A stretch of 64,000 nucleotides of DNA from an uncultured Rhodospirillaceae bacterium (GCA_964574215.1 CAZNLR010000019.1:7655-71654), one strand, 5' to 3'. Shown: positions 35,759 through 45,562, counted from the first letter of the stretch. Program-made: numbers and translations. Notes: generated from the letters alone by a model not told the origin.

Positions 35759-36214
35759 ATGGAAGTCAAAGTCAGTAAAATCGACGAAGAGAAATTCGAA
35801 GTCCTGTTGGGCGAAACGCGAATTGAACTGGATTTTGACAGTCTCGAACACCTTCATACCCAAATGTCGGCGATCTTAAGACCCGAAACGGTCGCCGAGA
35901 AACAAAATCGCCACCGGGAATTTCTCAGCAAGCTCAGCTCCGCCAGCGACAGCGGCATTCAATCCCTCCTGCGCACCGCCTCCCATGACGACATTTTGGT
36001 GCTGCTTCACTCAAGCGAGAAAGACACAGCATTAAAGAAAAAGCTCTATGGGAATATGAGCGAGAACTCCATCAAAATGTATATCGAGGATATGCTTTTC
36101 CAGTTCAGTGACGGCGTCAAAAGCTATCAGTTCGACGAGGCCATGACGCGCCTCATCAAAACCGTCGAAACGCTGGTAGAGCAAGGCGCGCTCACCTACG
36201 ACGAGTCCCAATAA
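35759..36214 (+). CDS. Stand-alone FliG C-terminal-domain-like protein
   Basis: 151 aa. The C-terminal ~85 aa (SGIQSLLRTASHDDILVLLHSSEKDTALKKKLYGNMSENSIKMYIEDM...VETLVEQGALTY) align by eye with the FliG_C torque domain. ATG at 35759 chosen over the 35672 start. Confidence 0.65.
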   Translation: MEVKVSKIDEEKFEVLLGETRIELDFDSLEHLHTQMSAILRPETVAEKQNRHREFLSKLSSASDSGIQSLLRTASHDDILVLLHSSEKDTALKKKLYGNMSENSIKMYIEDMLFQFSDGVKSYQFDEAMTRLIKTVETLVEQGALTYDESQ

Positions 36215-36240
36215 TCAATCCAAAAAACAACTCAAATTAA

Positions 36241-36666
36241 TCAGGCGGCCGCCGTTTGTTTCTTTTTGGTGTTCGGCACATAAGCGACGGCGCAATGAGG
36301 GGCGCAATAGGGTTTTCCCGGTTCCGCCGGTACGCCGCAAAACCGGAAATTCTCGGTCCCCGGTTCACCTTCCGGCCAGGAACACATATTCGCTTTTAGG
36401 CTGTCCAACGTAACAATTTTACGTTGGGGCTTCGGCGTCGTCGGTTGGCGCCGCATGGCCAGGTCAAGCCGCCGCACTTTGCCGACGACGGAATTTTTGG
36501 TAACGCCCAAGCGACGTCCGATTTCGCTGGCCGACAGGCCAGAGGCCCAAAGTTTGGTCAACTCGGCGACCCGTTCCGGAGTCCATTCGTGGACCGGTTT
36601 ATTTTCGGTTCCTTGCTGTTCCTGATTTCGTTGTGGTTTTGCCCCTGAAGTTTGATCTTCAAACAT
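36241..36666 (-). CDS. gcrA: GcrA family cell-cycle regulator
   Basis: 141 aa with WTPERVAELTKLWASGLSASEIGRRLGVTKNSVVGKVRRL and C-terminal CSWPEGEPGTENFRFCG...PYCAPHCAVAY. About 27 aa of N-terminal extension relative to typical GcrA. Confidence 0.9.
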   Translation of the reverse strand: MFEDQTSGAKPQRNQEQQGTENKPVHEWTPERVAELTKLWASGLSASEIGRRLGVTKNSVVGKVRRLDLAMRRQPTTPKPQRKIVTLDSLKANMCSWPEGEPGTENFRFCGVPAEPGKPYCAPHCAVAYVPNTKKKQTAAA

Positions 36667-37018
36667 ACTATATTCTTATCCTCCGGATTTAGGTCGTGAA
36701 TGCCATTTTTGATGCTCAGTAACGCTTATCCACCCTCATTCCGGTCAACCGGAAGCTCCCCAAGGCCGGATATATCGTTATTACTGAACCGGAGGTGTTC
36801 TACTACATTTAGTAAAACAGGGCAACTGTTTCCACAACATTTTGGGTTGAATACCATATGTAGATTCAAAAATTTTTGCTCGATTCGGCAAAAATTTGAT
36901 ATTTTGGGAGGAAAAGAAAGTGGTCGTTGACCCACAGGTCGGGTAATGTTCGCAGTACCGTCGGCTGCATTAGAGCAGCTCCGTGAGCCGATTGGGGCAA
37001 CGTCGAAAAATTAAAGCC

Positions 37019-37828
37019 ATGTCGAGACCAAACTCAACGCGAATTAAAAGAGCGCCTATTCTGGCCGTTGCATCGCTGGCGATCTTTGTTCTATTTGGCG
37101 CCGAAAATGTTGCCGCCGAAGGCCCGTTCGAGAAATTTAAATTGTCCCGTTCGGCGTCAAAATTCCTGGTGCTGAAGGACGTCAATGTCCGGATGGGCCC
37201 CAAGACGAAATCGAAACGGATCGGACGCCTACGCCGGGGAGTCGTCGTTGCGGCTATTGGAAAGGCCAAGGGAACGGAATGGGTGGCGGTTCGGAAAGAC
37301 GGTAAGGACTTCGGTTTTGTTTACGGCACGGCGCTGGTCCCCATGATAGACGGCGCGCTGAAATCGCCCTTAAAGGGAACACTCAACAGCCCGTCGCGTC
37401 CGGTTTGCCGCTACTCCATCAATTTCGAGGAAAAATTCAAAGTCCAGGGGGACAATCAGATTACGTCGGATTATTTTGTGCCCATGGAGTGCAAAGTCAC
37501 CCGCAAGGCAATCAAAATCAAGGCTGCCATGTTCATAACCGAGCTGCCCTATCTCGATCAAAAAAAGGAAATTTACCAGATCAATGTTGATTTGCTTGGT
37601 ATACCGCTGGCGGACGAGGACGTACTGTCGGCGATCATTTTGTACGATGCCAAAAAAAACCTGATAGCTTTCGACGGACTGAGCAGCAAGGAAATGAGGG
37701 GCAGTGCTAGTATCACCGATCAGAAAGTGAATTCGGTCCCCGACGCTTTAAGGGGTGCTTTGACCATGGCCCATAGCGCCTGGGGCAAAAAACTCTGGGC
37801 CGAATTGATCAGTCAGCAAAAAAAATAG
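37019..37828 (+). CDS. Secreted protein with bacterial SH3 (SH3b) domain and an uncharacterised C-terminal region
   Basis: Signal peptide APILAVASLAIFVLFGAENVAAEG. SH3b-like VLKDVNVRMGPKTKSKRIGRLRRGVVVAAIGKAKGTEWVAVRKDGKDFGFVYG. The remaining ~170 aa are unassigned. Confidence 0.7.
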   Translation: MSRPNSTRIKRAPILAVASLAIFVLFGAENVAAEGPFEKFKLSRSASKFLVLKDVNVRMGPKTKSKRIGRLRRGVVVAAIGKAKGTEWVAVRKDGKDFGFVYGTALVPMIDGALKSPLKGTLNSPSRPVCRYSINFEEKFKVQGDNQITSDYFVPMECKVTRKAIKIKAAMFITELPYLDQKKEIYQINVDLLGIPLADEDVLSAIILYDAKKNLIAFDGLSSKEMRGSASITDQKVNSVPDALRGALTMAHSAWGKKLWAELISQQKK

Positions 37829-37873
37829 AATAACCGCCGCCCGAATAAGGGCGACAATCCGCAATTCGGATCA

Positions 37874-39760
37874 TCAAATTACGTAGTCACTACTCAATCG
37901 CGATCTAAAATTCGGGTCCGGAACACGGGGGAGTGAAATTGTCACTTTCGTTCCGGCGCCGACACTGCTTTCGATATTCAGCTGACCACCGTGGGCTTCC
38001 ACAAGTCCCCGGGTTAACGGCAGGCCAAGCCCGGTACCCTCTCTTTGCCGTGTATGGGCGGAAGGGATTTGCCCGAAAAAAACCATGGAACTGGCAATAT
38101 CCGCTGTACTCATTCCGATGCCTTCGTCGGATACGGTAATTTCGATCATATCACTATCACCGTGTTCGGCACCCAAGGTCACGACGCTCCCCTCCGGTGA
38201 AAATTTAACGGCATTCGACATCAAGTTGACCATTGATTGTTTCAGGCGCAAGGCGTCGGCCTCAAAACTCGGTAAATCACCGTTGATATTACTTTTCAAT
38301 TTTACGCCCGCCCGTTTCGCATCATTGCTCAGAAGAAGAAACACTTCCGTGGCGGTTTGTTTAAGGTCGATGGTTTGAAAATTGAGTGAAAGCTTACCAG
38401 CCTCAATCGCCGATAAATCTAGAACATCTTTAATGAGTTCTAAAAGGTAGGCGCCGGAATCGCGAATATTACCGATGTATTCGTCTTGTTTATCATTGGC
38501 GATCGGTCCGAAAATACCCGCCTTCAGCGCTTCGGAATAGCCCAATATCGCATTCAGGGGAGTCCGTAATTCGTGGCTCATATTGGCGAGAAATTCAGAT
38601 TTTATGCGATTTGCCTCTTCGGCGATTTTATTGATGCGACGAAGTTCTTTCTCGATCCTTTTCCGTTCGGCAATTTCCGAACTGAGGTCGGCGGTGCGTT
38701 TCTCTATCTTGTTTTCCAGGTCGGTCTGAAGCAAATGAAGTTCATCCTGCGTCCGTACATGGTCGGTAATATCCATCGCCTGCGCCACCCAATAGATGAC
38801 ATTTCCTTGGCGGTCGTTGACCTTGGCCCGGCTCAACAAACTCCAAACCGTATCGCCATCCTTCCGAACATAACGTTTGCGGACGCTTTCTCCGAAGCGG
38901 TCATCCACTTTTAAAGAGTTAAGTTGGTCGGCGGTTTTCTGTCGATCTTCCGGATGGGTGATGTCGGCGATTGACATGTTAAGTAATTCTTCCCGGTTAT
39001 AACCCAGCATCTCGCAAAAGGCCGGGTTGACGTCACGAAATCGACCGTCCACTTCACAGATCGTCATGCCGATTACCGCGCTATGAAATGATTGCTCGAA
39101 CCGCTCCTCGCTTTCCGTGAGGGCGTCCTCGATGTCATCCCGATTGCGCTGTTTTTCCCGGTAGGCCCGGAGAATGGTAATGGCGAGCAAATTGACGACG
39201 ATTAGCACGAGAACGGTTATTGCCGGGAATAGATATTGCGAAATTGAAGCGCCGAAAAAATTTATCGGAGGAATTTCGCTAGGTTGAATTATGGCCAGGC
39301 CAATCAACGATGCAGCCGTTCCCGACAGGGTTAACAGGCCCGATCTCGATCCCAACGTATAGGCGGCAAAAATAGGCAACCCGAAAAACACACTGGTAAA
39401 ATAGGAATGCTCGTAAGTGCGAACCAAAGACGTCAGAAAAAAATAAGTGACCAACCAGACAATGATTGATCCACCGATGACTTTCATGTCCGGGTAAATT
39501 TTTAGGGCAAAAATACTCGATAAAATAAGCAGAGTCATAAATAGCCGACCGAGATTGAAAATTCCGTCCGGTCCGGTAAAAGAATCAGTCACCAGCGTCA
39601 GGATCAGGCCGATAATCGCCACCATTGAGCCACCGGCAACCAAAACGCCAACTCGCACTAAATCTGAAGGAGATTCTTTTAGGTGATCAGGAATCAGCCA
39701 GCCGTACGCCTTGAGAAGGGGCGAAAAAACATCATTGTTCTCGATTGTCCGGCTGGTCAC
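37874..39760 (-). CDS. Membrane sensor histidine kinase (multi-TM N-domain, PAS, HisKA, HATPase)
   Basis: 628 aa. About 6-7 TM helices, a PAS domain (GMTICEVDGRFRDVNPAFCEMLGY), H-box [16 protein letters not shown], and GTGLGLPLTRGLVEAHGG. GTG start. Confidence 0.88.
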   Translation of the reverse strand: MTSRTIENNDVFSPLLKAYGWLIPDHLKESPSDLVRVGVLVAGGSMVAIIGLILTLVTDSFTGPDGIFNLGRLFMTLLILSSIFALKIYPDMKVIGGSIIVWLVTYFFLTSLVRTYEHSYFTSVFFGLPIFAAYTLGSRSGLLTLSGTAASLIGLAIIQPSEIPPINFFGASISQYLFPAITVLVLIVVNLLAITILRAYREKQRNRDDIEDALTESEERFEQSFHSAVIGMTICEVDGRFRDVNPAFCEMLGYNREELLNMSIADITHPEDRQKTADQLNSLKVDDRFGESVRKRYVRKDGDTVWSLLSRAKVNDRQGNVIYWVAQAMDITDHVRTQDELHLLQTDLENKIEKRTADLSSEIAERKRIEKELRRINKIAEEANRIKSEFLANMSHELRTPLNAILGYSEALKAGIFGPIANDKQDEYIGNIRDSGAYLLELIKDVLDLSAIEAGKLSLNFQTIDLKQTATEVFLLLSNDAKRAGVKLKSNINGDLPSFEADALRLKQSMVNLMSNAVKFSPEGSVVTLGAEHGDSDMIEITVSDEGIGMSTADIASSMVFFGQIPSAHTRQREGTGLGLPLTRGLVEAHGGQLNIESSVGAGTKVTISLPRVPDPNFRSRLSSDYVI

Positions 39761-39892
39761 AGAATGCCGCTCAAAAATTAGTCAAATAATTTAGACAAAA
39801 TGACTCAACTTGTATGTCCTATATTAGGAGGCTGGCAGGCCGTTTCAATGCGAAAATGGCACAAAAATTCATATGTGAGGAATAACGATCAG

Positions 39893-41164
39893 CTAGCGGT
39901 CGATGGCCCGCCACCCGATGTCGCGGCGGCAGAAGCCTTCGGGCCAATCGATTTTGTCAACAGCCTCATAGGCGCGGGATTGCGCGTCGGCGACATTGTC
40001 TCCTAATGCCGTGACGCCCAGGACACGGCCGCCGCTGGCGACGGTTCGACCAGCGTTCTCCTTGGTGCCGGCATGGAAAACGGTGACGCCATCCACCTCG
40101 CTTGCTGCGGCCAGATTTTTAATCTCACTGCCTTTTTCATATGCGCCCGGATAGCCCTCGGCCGCCATGACCACCACCATGGCGGCCTGGTCCCGCCATT
40201 TCAGGGTGATCTCCTTGAGGCGTCCTTCGGCGGCGGCCAGCAGAGCCTCAACCAGATCGGATTCCAGCCGGGCCATCAACACCTGACATTCCGGGTCGCC
40301 GAACCGCACATTGAATTCCAGGGTTTTCGGACCGTCTTCGGTGATCATCAGACCGGCGAACAGGACACCCCGATAGGGCCGGCCCTCCGCCGCCATGCCG
40401 TCGATGGTGGGCTGGATGATCTCCGCCATGATCCGGCCGGCCATGTCCGGCGTTATTACGGGCGCCGGCGAATAGGCTCCCATGCCGCCGGTGTTGGGTC
40501 CCGTGTCGCCATCGTAAGCCGCCTTATGATCCTGGGCCGATATCAGGGGGAGGGCGGTGTCGCCGTCCACCAGGGCGAAAAAGCTGGCCTCTTCGCCGGT
40601 CAGATATTCTTCCACCACAACTTCGTCGCCGGCGTCACCAAAAATCCGCTGATTGATGATCCGGTCCAGAGCTTCGATGGCTTCGTCTTCGGACTGGCAC
40701 AGGATCACTCCCTTGCCCGCCGCCAATCCACTGGCCTTGACCACGATCGGCGCGACTTGAGCTTTGACGTAAGCGGCGGCGGCGTCGAAATCGGTGAACC
40801 GCTCATAGGCGGCGGTAGGCACATTGTATTTGGCAAACAGGTCTTTCATGAAGGCCTTGGAGCCTTCCAGCAGGGCGGCATCGGCGCTGGGACCAAACAC
40901 GTTGATGCCCTTTTCCTCCAACCGGTCCGATAGGCCCAGCACCAGCGGGGCTTCGGGACCGACCACCACCAGATCGATATTGTTCTCCTCGGCGAAGGCC
41001 ACCAGACCCGCCACGTCCTCGCCGCCCACCGGCACACATTCGGCAACGTCGGCGATGCCCGCATTGCCCGGCGCGCAAAAGAGTTTTTCGCATTTGGGCG
41101 ATTTATTGATGGCCCAGCAAAGTGCATGCTCGCGACCGCCCCCTCCGACGACGAGAATTTTCAT
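39893..41164 (-). CDS. purD: Phosphoribosylamine-glycine ligase
   Basis: 423 aa. [15 protein letters not shown] and an ATP-grasp body typical of PurD. Confidence 0.96.
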   Translation of the reverse strand: MKILVVGGGGREHALCWAINKSPKCEKLFCAPGNAGIADVAECVPVGGEDVAGLVAFAEENNIDLVVVGPEAPLVLGLSDRLEEKGINVFGPSADAALLEGSKAFMKDLFAKYNVPTAAYERFTDFDAAAAYVKAQVAPIVVKASGLAAGKGVILCQSEDEAIEALDRIINQRIFGDAGDEVVVEEYLTGEEASFFALVDGDTALPLISAQDHKAAYDGDTGPNTGGMGAYSPAPVITPDMAGRIMAEIIQPTIDGMAAEGRPYRGVLFAGLMITEDGPKTLEFNVRFGDPECQVLMARLESDLVEALLAAAEGRLKEITLKWRDQAAMVVVMAAEGYPGAYEKGSEIKNLAAASEVDGVTVFHAGTKENAGRTVASGGRVLGVTALGDNVADAQSRAYEAVDKIDWPEGFCRRDIGWRAIDR

Positions 41165-41260
41165 TTACAGATCCCCCTGAAAGATCGATCAACTGTGTAC
41201 TGGACCCGTCTTGTATCATAAATTAGGCGAGAGTCATGAAGAGTCTTGAATGAGGTTCCG

Positions 41261-42694
41261 ATGGAATTTGACAGCCAGTTGGACAACGGCGACAACCGGC
41301 CCATCTTCACCGTCAGCGAACTGTCCCAAAGCCTGAAACGGACGGTGGAGGACGCCTATTCCCATGTGCGGGTGCGGGGCGAAATCTCCCGCCTCACGGT
41401 CGCCCGGTCCGGCCATATGTATCTCAATCTGAAAGACGAAAACGCGGTCCTGGACGGTGTCTGCTGGAAGGGCGTTGCCGGGCGGCTGTCGGTTACGCCC
41501 GAGGAAGGACTGGAGGTCATTGTTACCGGCAGGCTTTCCACCTATCCGGGCCGGTCCAGCTACCAGATCGTCATCGAACAGGTAGAGGTGGCGGGTGAGG
41601 GGGCTCTCCTGAAACTGCTGGAGGACCGCCGTAAAAAACTGCTGGCGGAAGGGCTTTTCGACGAAGACCGCAAGCAGCCGCTGCCCTTTCTGCCCGAGGT
41701 CGTCGGCGTGGTAACCTCGCCTACGGGGGCCGTGATCCGGGATATTCTTCACCGCTTGGACGACCGTTTCCCCCGTCACGTTCTTTTGTGGCCCACCAAC
41801 GTTCAGGGGGAGGGTGCGGCGGAAACCATCGCCGCCGCCATCGACGGCTTCAACCGCATGAAAACGGACGGGGTTGTGCCCAAACCAAATGTGCTGATCG
41901 TCGCCAGGGGTGGAGGCAGTTTGGAAGACCTATGGGCCTTTAACGAAGAAATCGTTGTGCGCGCGGCGGCGGCCAGCGAAATTCCGTTGATCTCCGCCGT
42001 CGGCCACGAGACCGACACCACCTTGATCGACTATGCATCCGACCGCCGTGCCCCTACTCCGACGGCGGCGGCGGAAATGGCGGTGCCGGTAAAAGGGGAT
42101 TTGATCGCCCAACTGGCCGATGACGGCGCCCGGCTGGTCCGGGCCATGACCCGGACCATCGAGGAAAACGCCCGCGAAATTACCGGCCTTGCCCGAGGGC
42201 TGCCCGATCCCAGGCGACTGGCGGAAGAGGCCACCCAGCGGCTGGACGATCGGAGCGAACGCCTGATCAATGCTCAAAAGGTGTATCTGGATGGCGCCAA
42301 GGCCGACCTGTCCCGGCTGGCGGCCGGCATGATCAGCCCGGCGCGCCAGATCGCCGCCAAAAACGATCAATTGGCAGCTGGCATAAAAGCCTGGCAGCGG
42401 GTTCTGATAAACTTCGTCGGCGGCAAGTCACATGATCTCGACCGCGCCCGTCTTAAGTTGGAAGGGGTGTCCTACCAGCGTGTGCTGGACCGGGGATTTG
42501 CCCTGGTGCGGGACGGCGACGGCCAGCCGGTAACCTCGGTGGCGGTGACCGAACCGGGCATGCCCATCGCGCTCACCTTCGGCGATGGCGAGGTGGGCGC
42601 CCGGATCGAAGAGGCTCCCAAGAAAAAACCAACCGCTAAAAAATCTCCGCCCAAAAAACCCGCCAAGGATGACAAGCAGGGAACGCTGCTTTGA
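41261..42694 (+). CDS. xseA: Exodeoxyribonuclease VII large subunit
   Basis: OB-fold N-terminus (FTVSELSQSLKRTVEDAYSHVRVRGEIS) and catalytic core (VVTSPTGAVIRDIL, ARGGGSLEDLWAFN). ATG at 41261 with GAGG upstream, preferred over the TTG at 41246. Confidence 0.93.
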   Translation: MEFDSQLDNGDNRPIFTVSELSQSLKRTVEDAYSHVRVRGEISRLTVARSGHMYLNLKDENAVLDGVCWKGVAGRLSVTPEEGLEVIVTGRLSTYPGRSSYQIVIEQVEVAGEGALLKLLEDRRKKLLAEGLFDEDRKQPLPFLPEVVGVVTSPTGAVIRDILHRLDDRFPRHVLLWPTNVQGEGAAETIAAAIDGFNRMKTDGVVPKPNVLIVARGGGSLEDLWAFNEEIVVRAAAASEIPLISAVGHETDTTLIDYASDRRAPTPTAAAEMAVPVKGDLIAQLADDGARLVRAMTRTIEENAREITGLARGLPDPRRLAEEATQRLDDRSERLINAQKVYLDGAKADLSRLAAGMISPARQIAAKNDQLAAGIKAWQRVLINFVGGKSHDLDRARLKLEGVSYQRVLDRGFALVRDGDGQPVTSVAVTEPGMPIALTFGDGEVGARIEEAPKKKPTAKKSPPKKPAKDDKQGTLL

Positions 42695-43485
42695 AACCCC
42701 TGCTCGTTCTTCTGGTTACCGTAACCGCCTTGCCCGTTTTCGCCGCCGATCTGAAACTGGAAGGCGATTTCATTCAGGGCGGATTGGTGATCGGTCAGGC
42801 CAAGCCGGGCGCCTCCATTACTTTAGACGGCAGCAAGGTGGAACAATCGGCGGACGGTTATTTTCTTATCGGTTTTTCCCGGGACGCCAAGCCGGATGTC
42901 AATCTTACGATTAGGCTGCCCGATGGCGGCGAAGAGCGCCGCAAGCTCAAAATCAAGAAACGCACTTACGACATTCAACGCATTGATGGTCTGCCGAAGC
43001 GTAAAGTCACGCCCTCGCCTAAGGATTTAAAACGTATCAAAAAAGAGCGCGCCGCCATCATCAAGGCCCGCAGATCCCACAGTGCAACTCCCTATTTCAG
43101 GACCGGGTTTATTCGCCCGGCCAAAGGACGCATCTCGGGGGTCTACGGCTCCCAGCGCATTCTCAACGGACAGCCCCGGCGACCCCATTTCGGGTTGGAT
43201 ATCGCTGCGCCCACGGGTGCGCCGGTCGAGGCGGCGGCGGCAGGCCGGGTGATTTTCACCCATCCCGGCATGTTCTTTAACGGAAAAACCGTGATCATCG
43301 ACCACGGTCTCGGCCTCGCCTCTACCTATATCCATTTGAGCGACATTGCTGTCCGCACCGGCGATGTTGTAGTCAAAGGCCAGATCGTCGGTAAAATAGG
43401 TCAAACCGGCCGCGCCACCGGACCCCATCTCCATTGGAGTCTGCGGCTCAATAATACGGAATTGGACCCGGAGTTGCTCTTTTAA
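42691..43485 (+). CDS. M23 family metallopeptidase (secreted)
   Basis: Signal peptide plus HFGLDIAAPTGAPV...GQTGRATGPHLHWSL. TTG start overlapping the xseA stop. Confidence 0.88.
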   Translation: MKPLLVLLVTVTALPVFAADLKLEGDFIQGGLVIGQAKPGASITLDGSKVEQSADGYFLIGFSRDAKPDVNLTIRLPDGGEERRKLKIKKRTYDIQRIDGLPKRKVTPSPKDLKRIKKERAAIIKARRSHSATPYFRTGFIRPAKGRISGVYGSQRILNGQPRRPHFGLDIAAPTGAPVEAAAAGRVIFTHPGMFFNGKTVIIDHGLGLASTYIHLSDIAVRTGDVVVKGQIVGKIGQTGRATGPHLHWSLRLNNTELDPELLF

Positions 43486-43599
43486 GTGCCCCTCAATCGC
43501 CGGGCGATCGCTCCGCTCTCCTGGCTCACGCGTCATCAGGCGCCCCTGCGCCGTAAGCCAAGGGTTCGGAGAACCCGCCCGGCGTCTGAGGGGCTCCTC

Positions 43600-43659
43600 A
43601 AAAAGTGTACCAGGAATACTTTTTGAAAAATCATCAAAAGTATTCCTGGTACACTTTTT
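43600..43659. terminator. Bidirectional intrinsic terminator: ~25-bp AT-rich hairpin flanked by an A-run and a T-run
   Basis: AAAAAGTGTACCAGGAATACTTTTTGA-loop-TCAAAAGTATTCCTGGTACACTTTTTTT. One bulged T, otherwise perfect. It abuts the lpxL-like stop (43660) and lies 115 nt after the M23 gene. T-runs follow the stem on both strands. Confidence 0.75.
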
Positions 43660-44547
43660 TTAGCCCGGCCACCGATTATGCACCCAGAGCCATTGTTCCG
43701 GGTGCTGTTTGATCCAATCGCCGAGATGCCGGTTGACCTCGGTGGTCAGGGTGGCGATGTCTGCCTGCTTGTCGCCGCTGTCTGGTTTTTCCATCGGCGG
43801 ATAGAAAGTCACCCGGAAGCGGGCGCCGCCCAACCGTTCCACCTGGGTCGGCACCAGAGGGCAATCATAGCGGAGGGCCAATTGCGCCACAGCCGGCGCC
43901 GTCATGGCGTCCTTGCCCAGGAACGGAGCAGAGATGCCGTCGTTCATTTTTTGATCCACCAGCATGGCCATGTGATCACCCCGCCGTAAAGCTTTCAAAA
44001 TTTCTTTCGATCCTTCCGCTCCCTTGGGAAATAAATCGCCGTCGAGGGCCGATCTGCCCTTTTGAACGAGGCGGTCGAAAAAGGGATTGTTGGCGCGGCG
44101 GTAAACCAGGTGAACAACCAGCCCGCGCCGCGATCCGGCCAGGGGGGATAGTTCCCAATTGCCGATGTGACCGGCGAACAGCAGCCCCGGTTGTTCATCG
44201 TCGCGCAGCAGATCGATATATTCTCCGCCCACCACTTCGACCCGGCTGTTCTCGACATAGGGATCGAATTTCGAAAGGTGCGGGTGTTCGCCAGCCGTGC
44301 GGCCCAGATTGTCCCACATGCCGTCGATGATTTTTTCCACCTCTTCATCACTGAGGTCGGGAAAAATCATGTGCAGATTACGGCGCGCCGTTTCGGTCAC
44401 CCGGAGCCTGGGACCGAAAGTGCGGCCGATCCAACTGCCGAGGCCCGACGCCCAGTCGACCGGCAGCAGCGTAAAAAAAGCGTTCAGCAGCCATGCCGCC
44501 ACCGCTTGCGAAGGATGCGCAATGTAATTCCTAAACCAGGCCTGCAT
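43660..44547 (-). CDS. Lipid A biosynthesis (Kdo2-lipid IVA) acyltransferase, LpxL/HtrB family
   Basis: 295 aa lysophospholipid-acyltransferase-superfamily protein (FAGHIGNWEL catalytic HX4E-like region). ATG at 44547 avoids overlap with lpxK. Confidence 0.85.
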   Translation of the reverse strand: MQAWFRNYIAHPSQAVAAWLLNAFFTLLPVDWASGLGSWIGRTFGPRLRVTETARRNLHMIFPDLSDEEVEKIIDGMWDNLGRTAGEHPHLSKFDPYVENSRVEVVGGEYIDLLRDDEQPGLLFAGHIGNWELSPLAGSRRGLVVHLVYRRANNPFFDRLVQKGRSALDGDLFPKGAEGSKEILKALRRGDHMAMLVDQKMNDGISAPFLGKDAMTAPAVAQLALRYDCPLVPTQVERLGGARFRVTFYPPMEKPDSGDKQADIATLTTEVNRHLGDWIKQHPEQWLWVHNRWPG

Positions 44548-44554
44548 AAAGTAT

Positions 44555-45562
44555 TTACTCGGTCGTTGGTAAGACGGGCTCAAGCAGTTTACCGGGTGTT
44601 CCGGGGTCGTCCCATTCGAGAGCGATCTCCAATACCTCGACACTGCCCGCATCCCCGGATGGCAGCCGCACATGGTCTTTGGCCGTCGTAACCGGGATTG
44701 CGCCTAGTCTTTTAGCCTCTGATACCAAACTTGCAATCTCTTGATGCGAATAAGGGTGATGGTCGTCAAACGATCTAATGCCGGCGACGTCGCATCCGGC
44801 CTCCTTCAAACTGTCAAAAAACTTGCCGGGCCGCCCGATACCGGCGAAGGCAAAGACCTTTTTACCCCGCCACTTTTCCGGTTCGACGGCGGTCAGGCGG
44901 GCGCGAATAACCGGGACCGGCTGCTTTGACCGGTAGGGGATTATCTGTGCCAGTCCGGTCCGGTCCTCGCCGATGATCACTACCGCCTGGGCGCGGTTGA
45001 GGCCGACGCTGATGCCTTCCCGCAGGGGTCCCGCCGGCATGATGCGTCCATTACCGAAGCCGACAGCGCCATCGGCAACGATGATTGAAATGTCCTTATG
45101 GAGACCCGTGTTTTGAAAACCGTCATCCATGACGATGATTTCGGCGCCTGCCTCGGCGGCGCGTTCGGCGCCGGCGCTTCGATCGGCGGAAATCCAGGTG
45201 GGCGCGCACCTGGCCAGCAGCAGCGCCTCGTCGCCGACCTGGGCAACCGAATGGGTATCCGGATCGACGTGCAACGGCCCGCTCAAAGATCCGCCATATC
45301 CCCGGGTCAGAAAGTGAACCTTTTGGCTACGGGACTTAAGGTAGTCACCCAGCGCCAGGGCGGTCGGCGTTTTTCCCTGGCCGCCGACCAGCAAATTACC
45401 GACGCAGATAACCGGCACATCCGCCCGTTGAGGGTTTGCCCGGTCCTGACGAAATGCGCCCACCAAACCATAAATTCCTCCAAGGGGAGCCAGCAGTGCG
45501 GACCAGAGGCCGCCCCAACCTTCCTGACCAGTGGGCCGAAACCAGAAATCAGGCGGCTGCAT
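44555..45562 (-). CDS. lpxK: Tetraacyldisaccharide 4'-kinase
   Basis: 335 aa. P-loop VGNLLVGGQGKTP and conserved TRGYGG. Confidence 0.93.
   Translation of the reverse strand: MQPPDFWFRPTGQEGWGGLWSALLAPLGGIYGLVGAFRQDRANPQRADVPVICVGNLLVGGQGKTPTALALGDYLKSRSQKVHFLTRGYGGSLSGPLHVDPDTHSVAQVGDEALLLARCAPTWISADRSAGAERAAEAGAEIIVMDDGFQNTGLHKDISIIVADGAVGFGNGRIMPAGPLREGISVGLNRAQAVVIIGEDRTGLAQIIPYRSKQPVPVIRARLTAVEPEKWRGKKVFAFAGIGRPGKFFDSLKEAGCDVAGIRSFDDHHPYSHQEIASLVSEAKRLGAIPVTTAKDHVRLPSGDAGSVEVLEIALEWDDPGTPGKLLEPVLPTTE

Noticed and set aside
40073-40933. 286-aa ORF antisense to purD. Similar antisense ORFs lie at 477..1496, 33480..34385, 48027..48989, 50112..50936, 50937..51707 and 58012..58761
   Set aside because: All lie opposite strongly supported genes and have biased composition and no motifs. 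They are typical of genes with GC-rich third codon positions.
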